DNA of 64,000 bases from Nitrospirota bacterium. Its GTDB lineage: Bacteria; Nitrospirota; UBA9217. The notes below the pieces were generated by a model. It ran no database searches. It was not told the DNA's origin and saw nothing but the letters and a program-made list of their open reading frames with translations. Where the stretch lies: positions 1 to 64,000 of the forward strand of contig CAVWHO010000022.1 of the NCBI GenBank assembly GCA_963754875.1. The letters are read 5' to 3'. Each line of letters begins with the position of its first letter. The stretch's first letter is position 1. This document shows positions 1-11,376 of the stretch, in pieces. The position numbers and the translations under genes were made by a program.

Positions 1-2419
1 CAACCCCCGCGTCCGCCAACATGGCGCGGGGAATCAGATAACTCGACGTGGACATCTTGTCTCCGAAGGCGAAGCGCTTGCCTTTTATCGCTTCTACGGA
101 CGAAATCCCGCCGCCCGTGCGCACGACGATCGCAGAATGGGTATAGGGCACTCCGTCGCGGAGCGCCTTGACAAGGAGCACTGCCCCGAATTTTTTCTCC
201 GCCTCTATATAGGTGGTGGGTGTCAGAAAGGCGAGTTGCGTCACGCCCTCCTCAAGGTCCTTGAGCGTTTGCACAAAATCGACGGCCGTTGACAGCTCCA
301 CCCTTCGCCCGATAGACCGCGACAGATAGTCCGCGAGCGGAGTGAAGCGGCGGTACATTTCCGCCGGCGCGTCGAGGGGGATCACTCCCATCCTCAGGGT
401 GCTATCGCCGGCGGTGCGGCGACCCCGCGTGACCGTCATGGTGCTGATCTCCTGGTTCAACAGATCCGCCTGCTCCCCGAGGGTGGTGAGCGCACCGGCC
501 ATGCCCTCGACCCCCCTCATGTTCCTGCGCGGGAGGTCCTGGATTTGTTCCAGCGATGTGAGGACCTGCTGAACCGCCTGTCGTTGCTCCGCCGTTCCTG
601 CAGCGATCTTGCCAGCGCGCATCGTCACGTTATCCGCGGCTTCGGCAATCTGCTTTCCCCCGCGCCCCTGCTCGGTCATGGCAATGCGGACCCGCCGGGC
701 GATGTCCCTCATTTCCTCGGCCGCACTGAGGATCATCTCGGTGCCCTTGCTCTGTGCCTGGGTCGCTGAAGCTATCTGCACGGTCATCTGCTTGACGTTT
801 GTAATGGCTTCGCCCACTTGCCGGATGCCGCGTGCCTGCTCGCTCATGGCCCGATCGATCATGGTGGCCATTTCAGCGGAGCGGGCTGAACTGGCCAGCA
901 TCTTGTTGAGAGCGGCAGCTGCCTCTTGGGCACGCCTAACGCCTTCTCCTACAGCCGTCAGGCTCTCGGCCATTGCAGCAACGGCTTCTTTGGCCTCTTT
1001 CTGGACGGACGTAATGAGCTTTCCGATGTCCTGGGCCGACCCGGCAGTCCGGTCGGCGAGGGCCTTGATCTCTTCGGCCACTACTGCAAAGCCTTTACCG
1101 TGTTCCCCGGCCTGAGCTGCGAGGATCGAGGCGTTCAACGCCAGCAGGTTTGTTCGCTCCGTTACTTCGACGATCACGCCGAGAATCTTGCCGATTTCCT
1201 CGGACCGTTTCCCGAGCCGCGTCACCACGCCGGAATAGCGTTCCACCGCGTCCTTGATCGTATTGATGGCGTCCACGGTCTCGTGAATCGACCGGACGGC
1301 CATGTCCTTTGCCTCTGCGGAAACCTGCTGCGAGAGCTTCGTGGACTCCTTGGCTGCTCTCTCCACTTCACGCACCGTGGCCTCGATCTGGATCGCTGAC
1401 GCCGACGTCTCTTCTGAGGCGGACGAGAGGCTTTCGACATGGCCGGCAACCTCTCGAATCGACGCGATCATTTCGGCGACTGATGACGTCACGTCCTCGA
1501 CGGACGTCGTGAGCTCCCCTGTATGACGGGCGACCTCCTGGTTCGTGGCATTCATTTCGAGAATGGCCGAGGACGTTTCTTCCGCCGAAACCGACAGGCT
1601 TTCAGCGCTTTCGGCAATCTCCTGGATGGACGACGACATCTCTGCAACGGATGTAGAAACGCTCGAAATGGCCTGGGACTCAACCTCGGCGTTCTTTCTG
1701 ACCTCACGCGCATCCGTCGAAATGACGGGGCTCAACTCGTTGATCCGGGCCGAAATCGCGTTCATTTCGACAATGAACTGTTCCAGGCGTGAGATCAGGT
1801 AATTGACGCCGTCCGCAAACTCGCCGATTTCATCTTTGCTGACTGCAGTAACGCGCCCGCTGAAGTCCTTTCGGTCGATCAGGGCCTTCAACTCCTTCCC
1901 CATTTTCTTCAGCGGATTCGTGATGGTCCGTGTGACCGAAAAAAAGAGGATGCCCGAAAGGACCGTGAAAATAATCACGTCTTCGATGAATGCGCTGACG
2001 GCAAAAGTACGAAGTTTCATTTCCAGCGCGGAAGGGTATACGGTGATACGAATTTCGCCCAGTCGGGTCGCATTCGAAGTGATCGGCTGCGGCGTGACTG
2101 CGATCTGCATGTTGGAAGGGGACGGTTTGCTGGCTTGAACGAGTTGCTTGCCCGCGCTGTCAAAGATCGTCACTTCCTGGGCATCGGGTGTCTGCATGAA
2201 ATTCTGCACCAGGGTGTTGAGCCCGCCGACGTCCGCCGTGATCATATAAGGAGCGGCCAGTCCCGCCAGAAGCTGACAGGACTGTTCACCGTGGACGCGC
2301 GCCGTGTCGAGGATCTCCTGCTTTGCCGTGAAATAGCGGTAGGTCCCGATGGGCACCATGGCCAGTAACAGACCGGTGAAGATCACGATGATGAGTCTCT
2401 GTCGCACGCCGATACCCAC
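1..2419 (-). CDS. Methyl-accepting chemotaxis protein with C-terminal PhnD-like phosphate/phosphonate-binding domain (3' end outside window)
   Basis: Not in the ORF track because it has no stop in the window. Manual translation from GTG at 2419 (RBS GGGAGG) gives an N-terminal TM segment, the MCP signature [20 protein letters not shown] at ~1080-1140 and, in the same frame, [26 protein letters not shown]...[23 protein letters not shown]. Confidence 0.85.
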   Translation of the reverse strand, partial: MGIGVRQRLIIVIFTGLLLAMVPIGTYRYFTAKQEILDTARVHGEQSCQLLAGLAAPYMITADVGGLNTLVQNFMQTPDAQEVTIFDSAGKQLVQASKPSPSNMQIAVTPQPITSNATRLGEIRITVYPSALEMKLRTFAVSAFIEDVIIFTVLSGILFFSVTRTITNPLKKMGKELKALIDRKDFSGRVTAVSKDEIGEFADGVNYLISRLEQFIVEMNAISARINELSPVISTDAREVRKNAEVESQAISSVSTSVAEMSSSIQEIAESAESLSVSAEETSSAILEMNATNQEVARHTGELTTSVEDVTSSVAEMIASIREVAGHVESLSSASEETSASAIQIEATVREVERAAKESTKLSQQVSAEAKDMAVRSIHETVDAINTIKDAVERYSGVVTRLGKRSEEIGKILGVIVEVTERTNLLALNASILAAQAGEHGKGFAVVAEEIKALADRTAGSAQDIGKLITSVQKEAKEAVAAMAESLTAVGEGVRRAQEAAAALNKMLASSARSAEMATMIDRAMSEQARGIRQVGEAITNVKQMTVQIASATQAQSKGTEMILSAAEEMRDIARRVRIAMTEQGRGGKQIAEAADNVTMRAGKIAAGTAEQRQAVQQVLTSLEQIQDLPRRNMRGVEGMAGALTTLGEQADLLNQEISTMTVTRGRRTAGDSTLRMGVIPLDAPAEMYRRFTPLADYLSRSIGRRVELSTAVDFVQTLKDLEEGVTQLAFLTPTTYIEAEKKFGAVLLVKALRDGVPYTHSAIVVRTGGGISSVEAIKGKRFAFGDKMSTSSYLIPRAMLADAGV

Positions 2420-2515
2420 GTTTTCCTCCCAAAGCCGAAGACGAAGACCAGACCGTCAGAAGATATTGCACAAACCGCAACCTCCGGGCTGTCTGTCGTC
2501 AACTGGCATCCGTTA

Positions 2516-4626
2516 TTAAAATTTGAACCCTTCCAGCGCCATCTGGAGCGCATCTGCTTTTGACTTGAGCGTCTGCACCGCCATATCCATTTCGATCGAT
2601 ACGTCGACCGTGTCCTGCGTGATTTTTTGAATGCGCGTAATCGCCTCGCTGATCTGCTGCACACCGAGGCTCTGCTCCTGAGTGGAGCGGGCTGACTGGG
2701 CGGCCTGCACGGTGACCGACTCGACAGCATTGGCGATCTGCCTGCTGCCCGTGGTCTGCTCCTGCGTGGCGCTTTTTACCTGCCGGGTGATATCGCGCAT
2801 CCGCTCCGCAGCCTTCGCGATCCGCTCGCTCCCTCTTCGTTGTTCCTGCAGTGCATTGGCGATCTGTTCGATTTGCTCAGCGATGCTGATGGACGTTTCC
2901 GTGATTTGCGACACGCCCTTGGCCTGCTCCCCCGTGCTCTTCTCGATGGCCATCGCCACTTCAGCCGACTGCCGGGAACTGTCCGCCACCTGCTTGAGCA
3001 CGTCACTGGTCACGTTCACGAGGGAGACCCCGGCCTCCACGGCCTGCAGGCCCCAACCCATGGCCTGTACGCTCTCTGCCGTTTCCTCCTGTACCGAAGC
3101 GATCAGCCCGGAAATCTCCTGGGTCGATGCGGCCGTCCGCTCGGCGAGGTCCTTGATCTCTTCAGCGACCACGGCGAACCCCTTCCCGTGCTCCCCTGCC
3201 TGCGCCGCAAGAATGGCTGCGTTCAGGGCGAGCAGGCCGGTCTGGTCCGTCACCTCATCGATGACCTTCAGGATCTGCCCGATCTCTTGTGACCGCTTGC
3301 CGAGACGGTTCACCACCGTAGCGGTGGCCTCGACGGTGTCCTTGATGTTCTGCATGCCCCGGATGGCCTCGCTCGCGGCGGCGATGCCTCGCTCCGACGC
3401 GTCACGGGAGACCCGCTCGGCCAGGCGCGCCGATTCCACGGCGCGTTGTTCAACTTCCTTGACCGAGGCGCTCATCTCCGTGATCGACGACGAAGTCTGC
3501 TCTGCCGAGGTCGAAGAGCGTCGGTGTTTTCGGATACCTGTTTGATCGAAGCAATCATCTGTTCGATGGACGTTGCCGTGTCCTCAGCGGCAGCGGCAAG
3601 GGCACCGGCATTTTTCGCGACTTCTTCGATCGATGATGCCATTTCAGACGCCGAAGACGAGGCGTCGGTGGCCGCCCGGGACATATCGCTGGTGTTGTCC
3701 GCAACGCCGCGGATCGAGGCGACCATTTCATTCACCACCATCGCCGTTTGTTCCGTGGCTTCCTGCTGGACTCGCGATCCCTGGCTCATTTTAGTCGTGG
3801 CACCGCTCATCATCATCATTGCCTCGCCCAGGCCCCCGCCGGTCGTCCTGATCTTGCGCAGCATTTCCGTGAGGTTGGACGACATCGTATTGATGGCGCC
3901 GCCCAGATCGGCAATTTCGTTCTGTCCTTGAACGGCGATCTCTTGCGACAGGTCTCCTGCCGCCATCTTGCTGGCGGTTTGCGACATTTCCGCGATGGGC
4001 CGCAGCATGACTTTCATTATGTAACGGACAATAAACAAGAGCGTCAGAATTCCTGCAAGACCCAAAAGGGCAAATATCCACTGCAATTTTTTAATTCTTG
4101 CATAGGACGCGCCGAGAGGCACTGTTATATCCACGGCTCCCAGGACCGTTCCTTCGGGCACATTGTGGCAGCTCAAGCAGTTTCTGCCCATAATATCCCG
4201 CTTGGCAATGTAGGGATAAACCCCTCTTATGGTTTTACCTTCAAGGACTATTTTTTCTACTCCTTTGACGAGTACTTCCGATTGAATATCATCTTTTGCA
4301 TAACTTTTCTCAACCGCGTTAAATTGCTCATTTAATTTATCTGACCTGATTACTTTTAGATCGACAATATTCTTCATCTGATCTATGAATAATTTCTCCG
4401 TTTTTTGAATATCATTGCTTACCATCATTGTTGTAAGCGAATTCAGAACAGTATCTCTCGTAATGTCCAGCGTCGATTTCTCGACCTCCTGAATAACAAT
4501 TGATTTCATTGCATAGCCAGTAACCATTACTGAAATAACAATGCCAACAAATACAACTGCAATAATGAGGTTACTAATTTTCGAAGATAACGACATATTG
4601 CCATTAATTATTTTTTTCATTAGCAT
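2516..4626 (-). CDS. Methyl-accepting chemotaxis protein with heme-c (CxxCH) periplasmic sensor and HAMP; 1-bp frameshift near 3514
   Basis: ORFs 3472..4641 (TM, NCLSCH, TM, HAMP) and 2516..3475 ([34 protein letters not shown]) join if one base is added at AA 3514-3515. ATG at 4626 follows GAGGAG. Confidence 0.85.
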
Positions 4627-4931
4627 GGTTCTACTCCTCACTTTTTCAGTTATGACAAGTGTACAATTTGAGAAGCGTAGACCGCAAATCCCGCTGCCGA
4701 TTATTTAACAGTAAGCTTTCCTGCTGTGTCGCCCTGTTCTGTTGCGCTCAGAGACATGCTGAGGGCCAGGCCTTTTGCAGCAGTGTCGGGATCTGGCCCA
4801 GGGTCAGCGTCCTGGATGTACGAGCGATTTTTAAAATCGCATCGATGGCTTCGTTCGCCGCCGCACTTTCGGAAATAGTTCCAGCTTTGCCTTCCCGGCA
4901 AAGACCCGTTTGTCTGCGCCATCGGGTCAGG

Positions 4932-5594
4932 TTACTTGAGGGCCGCCTTGTGCAGGTCCAGAACGATATGTAACTTGTCTCCCTGCCGCACGATGCCGCG
5001 AAGAAAATCAGCTCCTTGTTCGACATGTTCCGGAGCGGGTTTAATTGCCTCGGGCAGGGCACTGATGACGCCGTTCACACGGTCTACGACAAGTCCCACA
5101 TCTTCATCGTCCGTACTGACGACGATGAAGCGCGCCTTTTCGTTCCGTTCCGCCGGCTTGAGACCGAGTCGGGTACAGAGGTCGATCACCGGCAGCATCG
5201 TTCCCCTGAGCGACATTACTCCCTGTATATAGTCGGGTGCATTCGGCACTGGTGTGAGCTCACGGATTTTGAGCACTTCCCGCACGTCCGCCACCATCAC
5301 GGCATACTCCTCCCCGCTCAACCGGAACGAAAGCATCTCAATTTCCTGGGTCTGCGTTTCCTCCGGGCCGTTTTCAGCAGGGGTCTCTGATTTTTCCGAG
5401 ACCACCGGGGGAAGAGGCTGAGCGGCTTGGGGCTCTGCAGGTTTCGGGGTACTTTCCGGGGCGGGAGAACCTGGTGTTTGAGCAGGCGCTTCACGCGCAG
5501 GAGCAATCGGCATGTCTCCCGGCAAAGCCGTTTCTGCGGCCTTCTGGGCTTGTGCCCGTTCGGCTGCTTTTTTTCGAGCTGCAAGAATATCCAT
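4932..5594 (-). CDS. cheW: Chemotaxis coupling protein CheW with Pro/Ala-rich N-terminal extension
   Basis: LSFRLSGEEYAV...LTPVPNAPDYIQGVMSLRGTMLPVIDL...VGLVVDRV; chemotaxis context. Confidence 0.92.
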   Translation of the reverse strand: MDILAARKKAAERAQAQKAAETALPGDMPIAPAREAPAQTPGSPAPESTPKPAEPQAAQPLPPVVSEKSETPAENGPEETQTQEIEMLSFRLSGEEYAVMVADVREVLKIRELTPVPNAPDYIQGVMSLRGTMLPVIDLCTRLGLKPAERNEKARFIVVSTDDEDVGLVVDRVNGVISALPEAIKPAPEHVEQGADFLRGIVRQGDKLHIVLDLHKAALK

Positions 5595-5689
5595 ATCCCT
5601 TTACTCCAGTGCCACGACAGTATGGTGCATAGTGTACAGGCGCCGTGTTATGATCGTACCCTCGCTCTATGCACCCTGCCCTCTGTTCA

Positions 5690-6487
5690 TCACTCGCCGT
5701 CCTTTACCACGCTCTCAATAATGTCCGCGCCAATGGTCATTGATTCCTTACCGAAGCCCTCGACAAGCGCATTCGCCGCAATAATGTTGATGCGTCGGGG
5801 GACGCCTTCGGAGTGTTGATACAGGAGGGACAGCGCCCGCTCATCGAAAAGGGGGGACTCTCTTCCTGCGACCTTGAGCCGGTATTGCACATAGGCTGCC
5901 GTCTCGTCCGCGTCGAGCGGCCCAAGATGGTACTGCATGCTGATGCGCTGCCTGAGCGCTTGATAGGGACGGCGCTTCAGTCGCTCGCGAAGCTCGGTCT
6001 GGCCGATCAAGACGAGCGACAGGAGGTTGCGGTCGTCGAGCTGAAAATTCGTGAGAAGCCGCAGCTCCTCAAACGTCGCCTTCCCCGGGATAAGCTGGGC
6101 TTCATCGATGATGATCACCGGCCGCCTGCCGGTTTCGTAGAGCTCGTAGAGTTTTGCATTGATCCCTTCGAGAATCCCGTGCTTGAACCGGGTCGAATCG
6201 TCCATGCCGAGACGGAGCGCCACCGTGCGCAGGAGCTGCGACGGCGAGAGCCGGGGGTTGATGATCAGGAGGGGGTAATAGCTCTCGTCCAGCAAGTCGA
6301 TGAACGCACGGGAGAGCGTGGTTTTTCCCGAACCGATCTCGCCGGTGAGGAGAACAATGTCCTGTTCCTCGACGGCATGCTGGAGCCGTGCGAGCGCTTC
6401 CGCGTGTTTTTTGCTTTGATACAGAAAACGCGGGTCGGGCGTTTTGCCGAATGGTTTTTCTTTCAGTCCGTAAAAATCTACGTACAC
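5690..6487 (-). CDS. ExeA/GspA-like AAA ATPase
   Basis: GTG start at 6487; FYGLKEKPF..TPDPRFLY, Walker A GEIGSGKTT, Walker B IIIDEAQ, LIGQTEL, GVPRRINI. Confidence 0.9.
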   Translation of the reverse strand: MYVDFYGLKEKPFGKTPDPRFLYQSKKHAEALARLQHAVEEQDIVLLTGEIGSGKTTLSRAFIDLLDESYYPLLIINPRLSPSQLLRTVALRLGMDDSTRFKHGILEGINAKLYELYETGRRPVIIIDEAQLIPGKATFEELRLLTNFQLDDRNLLSLVLIGQTELRERLKRRPYQALRQRISMQYHLGPLDADETAAYVQYRLKVAGRESPLFDERALSLLYQHSEGVPRRINIIAANALVEGFGKESMTIGADIIESVVKDGE

Positions 6488-6519
6488 GGCCCCCCCGGTT
6501 CCTGGTCCAGTTGTCACTC

Positions 6520-8522
6520 CTATCTTATCGTAGCTGCGACGGTTTTCTTGAGCGTGCCTTCGATCAGCGATTCGACGTCGAGCACGAGAACCACGCCCCT
6601 CCGGTCGCCCAACTCGGTCGCCCCGGAGATTCCCGGTATGTCGGACAGCCGTTTCCCCAGGGGTTTGATCACGATCTCCTGCTGGTCCCGGAGCGCGTCG
6701 ACGATGATCCCGAGCCGCCGTTCGGCAAGTCCTACGAGAATGACGTAGAACGCGTCCACGTTTGCGGCCTTCCGACAGATTAAACAGCCGGCTGATCCGG
6801 AGAAGCGGCACCGTGTCTGTCCCGTACCGCCATGACCTCGCGCCCTTCCACGGTCTCGATCTGGTCCGATGAAGTCTGCAGGATCTCGAGCACCGAGCTG
6901 AGCGGAATCGCAAAGAGCTGACCGCTGCTCTCGATGATCAGTGCCTTAATTATAGCAAGTGTAATAGGAAGGGTGAGCGTGAAGATCGTCCCCTGTCCGG
7001 GCTCGCTCTGGATATCGATCATGCCGGAAAGTTTGGACACGTTTCGTTTAACCACATCCATCCCGACACCGCGGCCCGACAGCTCGGTAACGGTATCACG
7101 CGTCGTGAAGCCGGGAAGAAAGATCAGGTCGAGCATGTCCTTGCGGTCGCGTTCGGGGTCGAGACCGTGGTCCGGGACCAGAAGCCCTTTTTCCACGGCC
7201 TTGGCCGCAAGCGTGGCAGCGTCCATGCCGGAGCCATCGTCCTCGATCGTAATGACCACGCGCGTGCCCTTGGGAAAGGCGGTCAGCCTCACCGTCCCCC
7301 GTTCCGGCTTGCCGATCTGCCGCCGGACCTCCGGCGATTCAATGCCGTGATCGATGGCGTTCCGGATGAGATGCATGAGCGGATCAGCAAGGTCCTCGAT
7401 CATGAGCTTGTCGAGCTCGGTCTCTTCACCCTGCAGCTCGAGTTCGATGTCCTTTCCCGCTTCCTTGGCATACTTGCGGACCAGCTGGGAAAGTCGGGTA
7501 AAGATCTGGCCGAGGGGGACCATTCTGACTTCAAGGATGCCCTCTTGAAGTTCGTTCAGCTTCCGTTCCAGGCTGCGATGGGCCTTGTGCAGTTCCGCGG
7601 AGAAACCGGTGAAACCCTGCAAGGCCCGCAGTTCTTTGCCGATCCTGCCGATGACGTTCTTGAGCAGGTGCATTTCTCCGACGGTGTTCATGAGATTATC
7701 GAGCTTGTAGATGTCGACCCGGACAGTGTTGCTGACGGATTTGAGCGCACCCGTCTCGGCTTTTGGCTCTTCGGCCTTGCGGCCCTCTGTGTACGAAATC
7801 TTTTCAATCGTCACGCGGGGCATCTTGACAACTGAGGCGATGGTATCCCGGTCTTCCTTGGTCCCGATGACGATTGTGAAACTGATGCCTGCCCCCCCGC
7901 CAGCCGTGGGCAACGTGCAGATGATCTCGCCGTACTTTTTGAGCGTTCCGTTGAGTTCCTTGATCGCTGTTTCAAAATCCGAAAGCTCGAATTCGGCCTT
8001 GAGCAGGAAGAGGTTCTTCTGATCCCGCACGCACTCCCGGAGGCGGTGCTCCTCGTATTCGGTGAGGACTTGCAGGATCCCGCGGTCCAGATTGATCTGC
8101 TCGGAGAGGGAGCGTTCCCCGGCAGCAGAGGGCTTTGCCAGGAGGATCTCGTCAATGCGCGCCCGGGCAGCCGTTGTGTCCTCGAACGGCTGAGACCTGC
8201 CCGCTTGTTGGACGAGTTTGCCGAGCAGGGACACCGTCTCCACGAGGACATCGACGGCCTCCCGGCTGAGCCCCACCTTGCCGAGCCGGAGTTCGTCCAG
8301 CAGGAACTCGAGTTTGTGCGACAGTTCTGACGGCTCCTTGAGCTCAAACATGCCCGCAAGTCCCTTGAAGGAGTGGACGGCACGAAACAGGGAATTCACG
8401 ACCTCGGGGTCAATGCGGCCGGCCGCCTGCCCGGAGTCGAGCGCGAGCAGCGCCTGATTGGCCGACTCCAAGATGTCTTCGGCTTCCGCGAGAAAATCTT
8501 TTATGGAACGATCGGTCTTCAC
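6520..8522 (-). CDS. cheA: Chemotaxis histidine kinase CheA (two 1-bp frameshifts near 6820 and 6765)
   Basis: Hpt domain FRAVHSFKG, DPLMHLIRNAIDHGIE, IEDDGSG, SGRGVGMDVV. The C-terminal CheW-like domain continues through two other frames (DTVPLLRISRLF; AFYVILVG...QQEIVIKPLG...ISGATELGD). Likely GTG start at 8522 after GGAG. Confidence 0.9.
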
Positions 8523-8594
8523 GTCGCTTTGCTCCATTGCAAAGTGCATAATGAAAATTTTACAGTTTCCAATCATGCATCATGCATCTGCCGG

Positions 8595-8966
8595 CTATTT
8601 CCCTTCCAACACCTTCATGACGATGGCCATGAGGTCTTCCTTTTTGAACGGTTTTACAACGTATCCGGAAGCCCCGAGGGCGAGGCCCCTTTTTTTGTCT
8701 TCTTCCGTTTTTTCCGTACTCACGATGATGAGCGGGATCGAGCTGTACGCGGGGTTGGATTTTACGTAACCGATGAGCTCCAGGCCGTTGATATCGGGCA
8801 TGTTGATGTCGGTGATGATCAGGTCGAGGTGTTGCATGGGGAGCGCCTTGAGCGCCTCAAACCCGTTGCCTGCCTCGGCCACGAGAAAGTCGCCCGCTTC
8901 CTCGAGCGCCACGCGTATCATTGAACGAATGGCTTTGGAATCCTCGACGACAAGCACATTCCTCAT
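8595..8966 (-). CDS. cheY: Single-domain response regulator, CheY-like
   Basis: MRNVLVVEDS...LIITDINMPDING...IIVST...YVVKPF; directly upstream of cheA. Confidence 0.88.
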   Translation of the reverse strand: MRNVLVVEDSKAIRSMIRVALEEAGDFLVAEAGNGFEALKALPMQHLDLIITDINMPDINGLELIGYVKSNPAYSSIPLIIVSTEKTEEDKKRGLALGASGYVVKPFKKEDLMAIVMKVLEGK

Positions 8967-10133
8967 GGTTTCTCCTTCTGCAGTTCGGCAAGCCGCTTTT
9001 CGAGCAGTGCCTTTTCCAGGGCCATGCCTGCCTGGTTCATGAATATCTCGAGCGTGTCCACACCGCGGATGGGTTTGTGATCGGGCAGGTTGTCTCCGTA
9101 CACGACCAGCGCGATCTTGCCGTCCACGATGAGCGGTATCGCCAGGACGGAGTCGGGCACGGTGCCGCCGAGTTCGGTCGTCAGATAGGCATTGCATTCA
9201 TTTTGTTCCAGCTCGCCGACGTAACTGCGGCGCGAGTCTATCACCGTAAGGAACAGGGAGGGTTTATTCAGCGGGATTTTGATGTTCCTGACGACCTGGT
9301 CCGCGGATTTGCCTTTCAGTTCTATCCCAAACTGGCCCAGGCCCCGAACCTCGTCTTTTTTCACCATGAACAGGATCGCCCGGTTCACGACTTCGCTTGC
9401 ATAGCGGAGAATAAGGAGCGTGACCTCCGCAGTCGCGGTCGGGAAGCGGAGTTCGTCGAACATGGACTTAAGCGCGGTGAGATCGTGGCGGGGTTCTTCT
9501 TTTTCAATCCTGGTCCGGAACTCTTCCTTCGCGGGTTCATAGCTGGGATGATGGGCAATCGCGGCTTGCGGCGGCGGGGCAGCAGTCGGTGTCGGGACGC
9601 GAAGAGACCGGTTTTCGCTCGCCTTGCCGCTTCTCGTCGAGCAGCCGCGTCCCCTCCATGAGCAGGTATTCGGCGCTGATCCCCGACTTGAGGAGGAACT
9701 CCTGGGTGTCGATCTCGATCTTGTCCTTGGGCGCGATCTCGCCGAGCTCGAAGTTGAAGAACCCTTCCTCCCACGCAAGCAGGTCGTAGATGATCTCCTC
9801 GATCTGTTTCCGGACAACGCTTTCGAGCGTCTGCGTGGACACGGCCCCCATTTCCACGAGGATCATGCCGAGGGGCTTGTCGGTCTCCCTCTTCTGCAGG
9901 GACAGCGCGCGCGACAACGACGCCTCGGCCAGCATGCCCTGCGAAACGAGAATATTGCCGAGTGAGTCGCGGATGCTGTCGCTCGCGGCCTGGATGACTT
10001 GACCGTCTTTAAATACGACCATGCCCGTCCCTTTGCGGCTTCGCACAACAAGGGTACCGGTCTTTTTGCTCAGACTGATAATCTGGAAGATATCAGGCAG
10101 CGCAAGGTCTTCCAGCCTGCCGACAAGGCTCAT
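8963..10133 (-). CDS. DUF4388 (PatA-N-like) plus GAF-like domain protein; frameshift near 9625
   Basis: MSLVGRLEDLALPDIFQIISLSKKTGTL...LLAWEEGFFNFE (DUF4388 pattern) in 9537..10133 joins a GAF-like C-terminus (VLAIPLIVDGKIALVVYGDN...LEIFMNQAGMALEKA) in 8963..9817. Confidence 0.75.
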
Positions 10134-10388
10134 GCATTCTCCCTAATAAGCATAATCTGCGAAATTATAACAGTTTGAGTGAAAAATGCAAGGTTCATTC
10201 ATCAGTTAGGATGGCTGACGGAGAAAAAAGAGGAAGTTTTCCGGATGATCCGGCAGATCGAAAAAGTGACTGTTCTTGCACAAAAACTGCCTGGAAAATA
10301 CTGGGCGTCCAAGGCAATGAAGGCTGGCACCCCGGTCAATCGCGTCGTTGAGACCTTCTTCGGTTCATACCCATGAGCATCGTTTTTG

Positions 10389-10886
10389 TTACGTGCTCCG
10401 GTAATTGTCGAACTGCAGTTCGATCCCGAAATCCTTCCCTTTCAAAAGCGAGATGACTGATTGCAGGTCGTCCCTGCTCTTGCCGGACACGCGGACCTGC
10501 TCTGCCTGGATCGACGCCTGTACCTTGATCTTGGAATCCTTGATCGCTTTCACGATTTCTTTGGCTTTGTCCGTGGGGATGCCCTGCTGCAGCGTCAGGC
10601 GCTGGCGCACGGTGCCGCCGAGGGCGGCCTCCACCTTGCCGTAGGACACGTTCTTGATCGGCACACCCCGTTTCACAAGCTTGTTCTGCAGGATATCGAT
10701 GACGCTCTTGAGCTTGTACTCGTCGTCGGAAACGACCACGAGTCCCTCCTTCTCCTGCGTGATGTTCGATTTGCTGCCCTTAAAATCAAAGCGCTGGCTG
10801 ATCTCCTTGAGCGTCTGGGTGACCGCATTCGTCACCTCCGCCATGTCGATCTTTGAAACAACGTCAAACGAGTTTTCTGCGGCCAT
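10389..10886 (-). CDS. yajQ: YajQ family nucleotide/c-di-GMP-binding protein
   Basis: [17 protein letters not shown]...RFDFKGSK...[12 protein letters not shown]...LQFDNYR. Confidence 0.95.
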   Translation of the reverse strand: MAAENSFDVVSKIDMAEVTNAVTQTLKEISQRFDFKGSKSNITQEKEGLVVVSDDEYKLKSVIDILQNKLVKRGVPIKNVSYGKVEAALGGTVRQRLTLQQGIPTDKAKEIVKAIKDSKIKVQASIQAEQVRVSGKSRDDLQSVISLLKGKDFGIELQFDNYRST

Positions 10887-10904
10887 AGGTGCCTCCGGGA
10901 AAAA

Positions 10905-10928
10905 GATTCAGGATACATGATGCACGAT
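10905..10928 (+). repeat. Degenerate heptamer array GATTCAG-GATACAT-GATGCAC downstream of the four-helix-bundle gene
   Basis: Read directly; it is the inverse of the array at 11316-11367. Confidence 0.55.
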
Positions 10929-10940
10929 AACGTCATCAAC

Positions 10941-11321
10941 TTACGATACGCGATGCTTCTCCTCGACCGAACTTCGAAAGTTATGGAGCTTTGCGCCCAG
11001 CTCCTTGTAACGAGTATGCAGTTGCTGGTGTACCTCCGTCTTCAATGAGCCTGTTTCACATAATAGATCAAGATGGGCCTTTGTTTCATCACAGGAAGCA
11101 ACTGCATAGGTCAGGAGCAGGACAAAATCATTTTTGTATCGGCGTCTTCCAAAACCCTCGACAATGTTGGAAACAATCGACTTTGACGAGAGCCTGACCT
11201 GGCTGCCTTCTTCATACATTTCAAATTTCGGCAGCTCGTTCAGCGTGGCCTTATGCACCTTGACAGCAAGCTCTTTGGCTAAGACAAATATCTCCAGATC
11301 GTTGTATGACTGTGGCTTCAT
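10941..11321 (-). CDS. Four helix bundle protein (23S rRNA-IVP/Avd-like family)
   Basis: SYNDLEIF...[31 protein letters not shown]...[15 protein letters not shown]. Confidence 0.88.
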   Translation of the reverse strand: MKPQSYNDLEIFVLAKELAVKVHKATLNELPKFEMYEEGSQVRLSSKSIVSNIVEGFGRRRYKNDFVLLLTYAVASCDETKAHLDLLCETGSLKTEVHQQLHTRYKELGAKLHNFRSSVEEKHRVS

Positions 11322-11367
11322 CCTGCATCCTGTCCTGCGCCCTATCTTGCATCCTGTATCTTGCATC
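11316..11367 (+). repeat. Degenerate heptamer array (C/T)TG(C/T)ATC upstream of the four-helix-bundle gene
   Basis: CTTCATC CTGCATC CTGTC CTGCGCC CTATC TTGCATC CTGTATC TTGCATC. Confidence 0.7.
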
Positions 11368-11376
11368 TTTCACTCG

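Noticed and set aside
4659..4930. Small ORFs between cheW and the MCP
   Set aside because: No recognisable motif or clear start; cannot choose between the frames.
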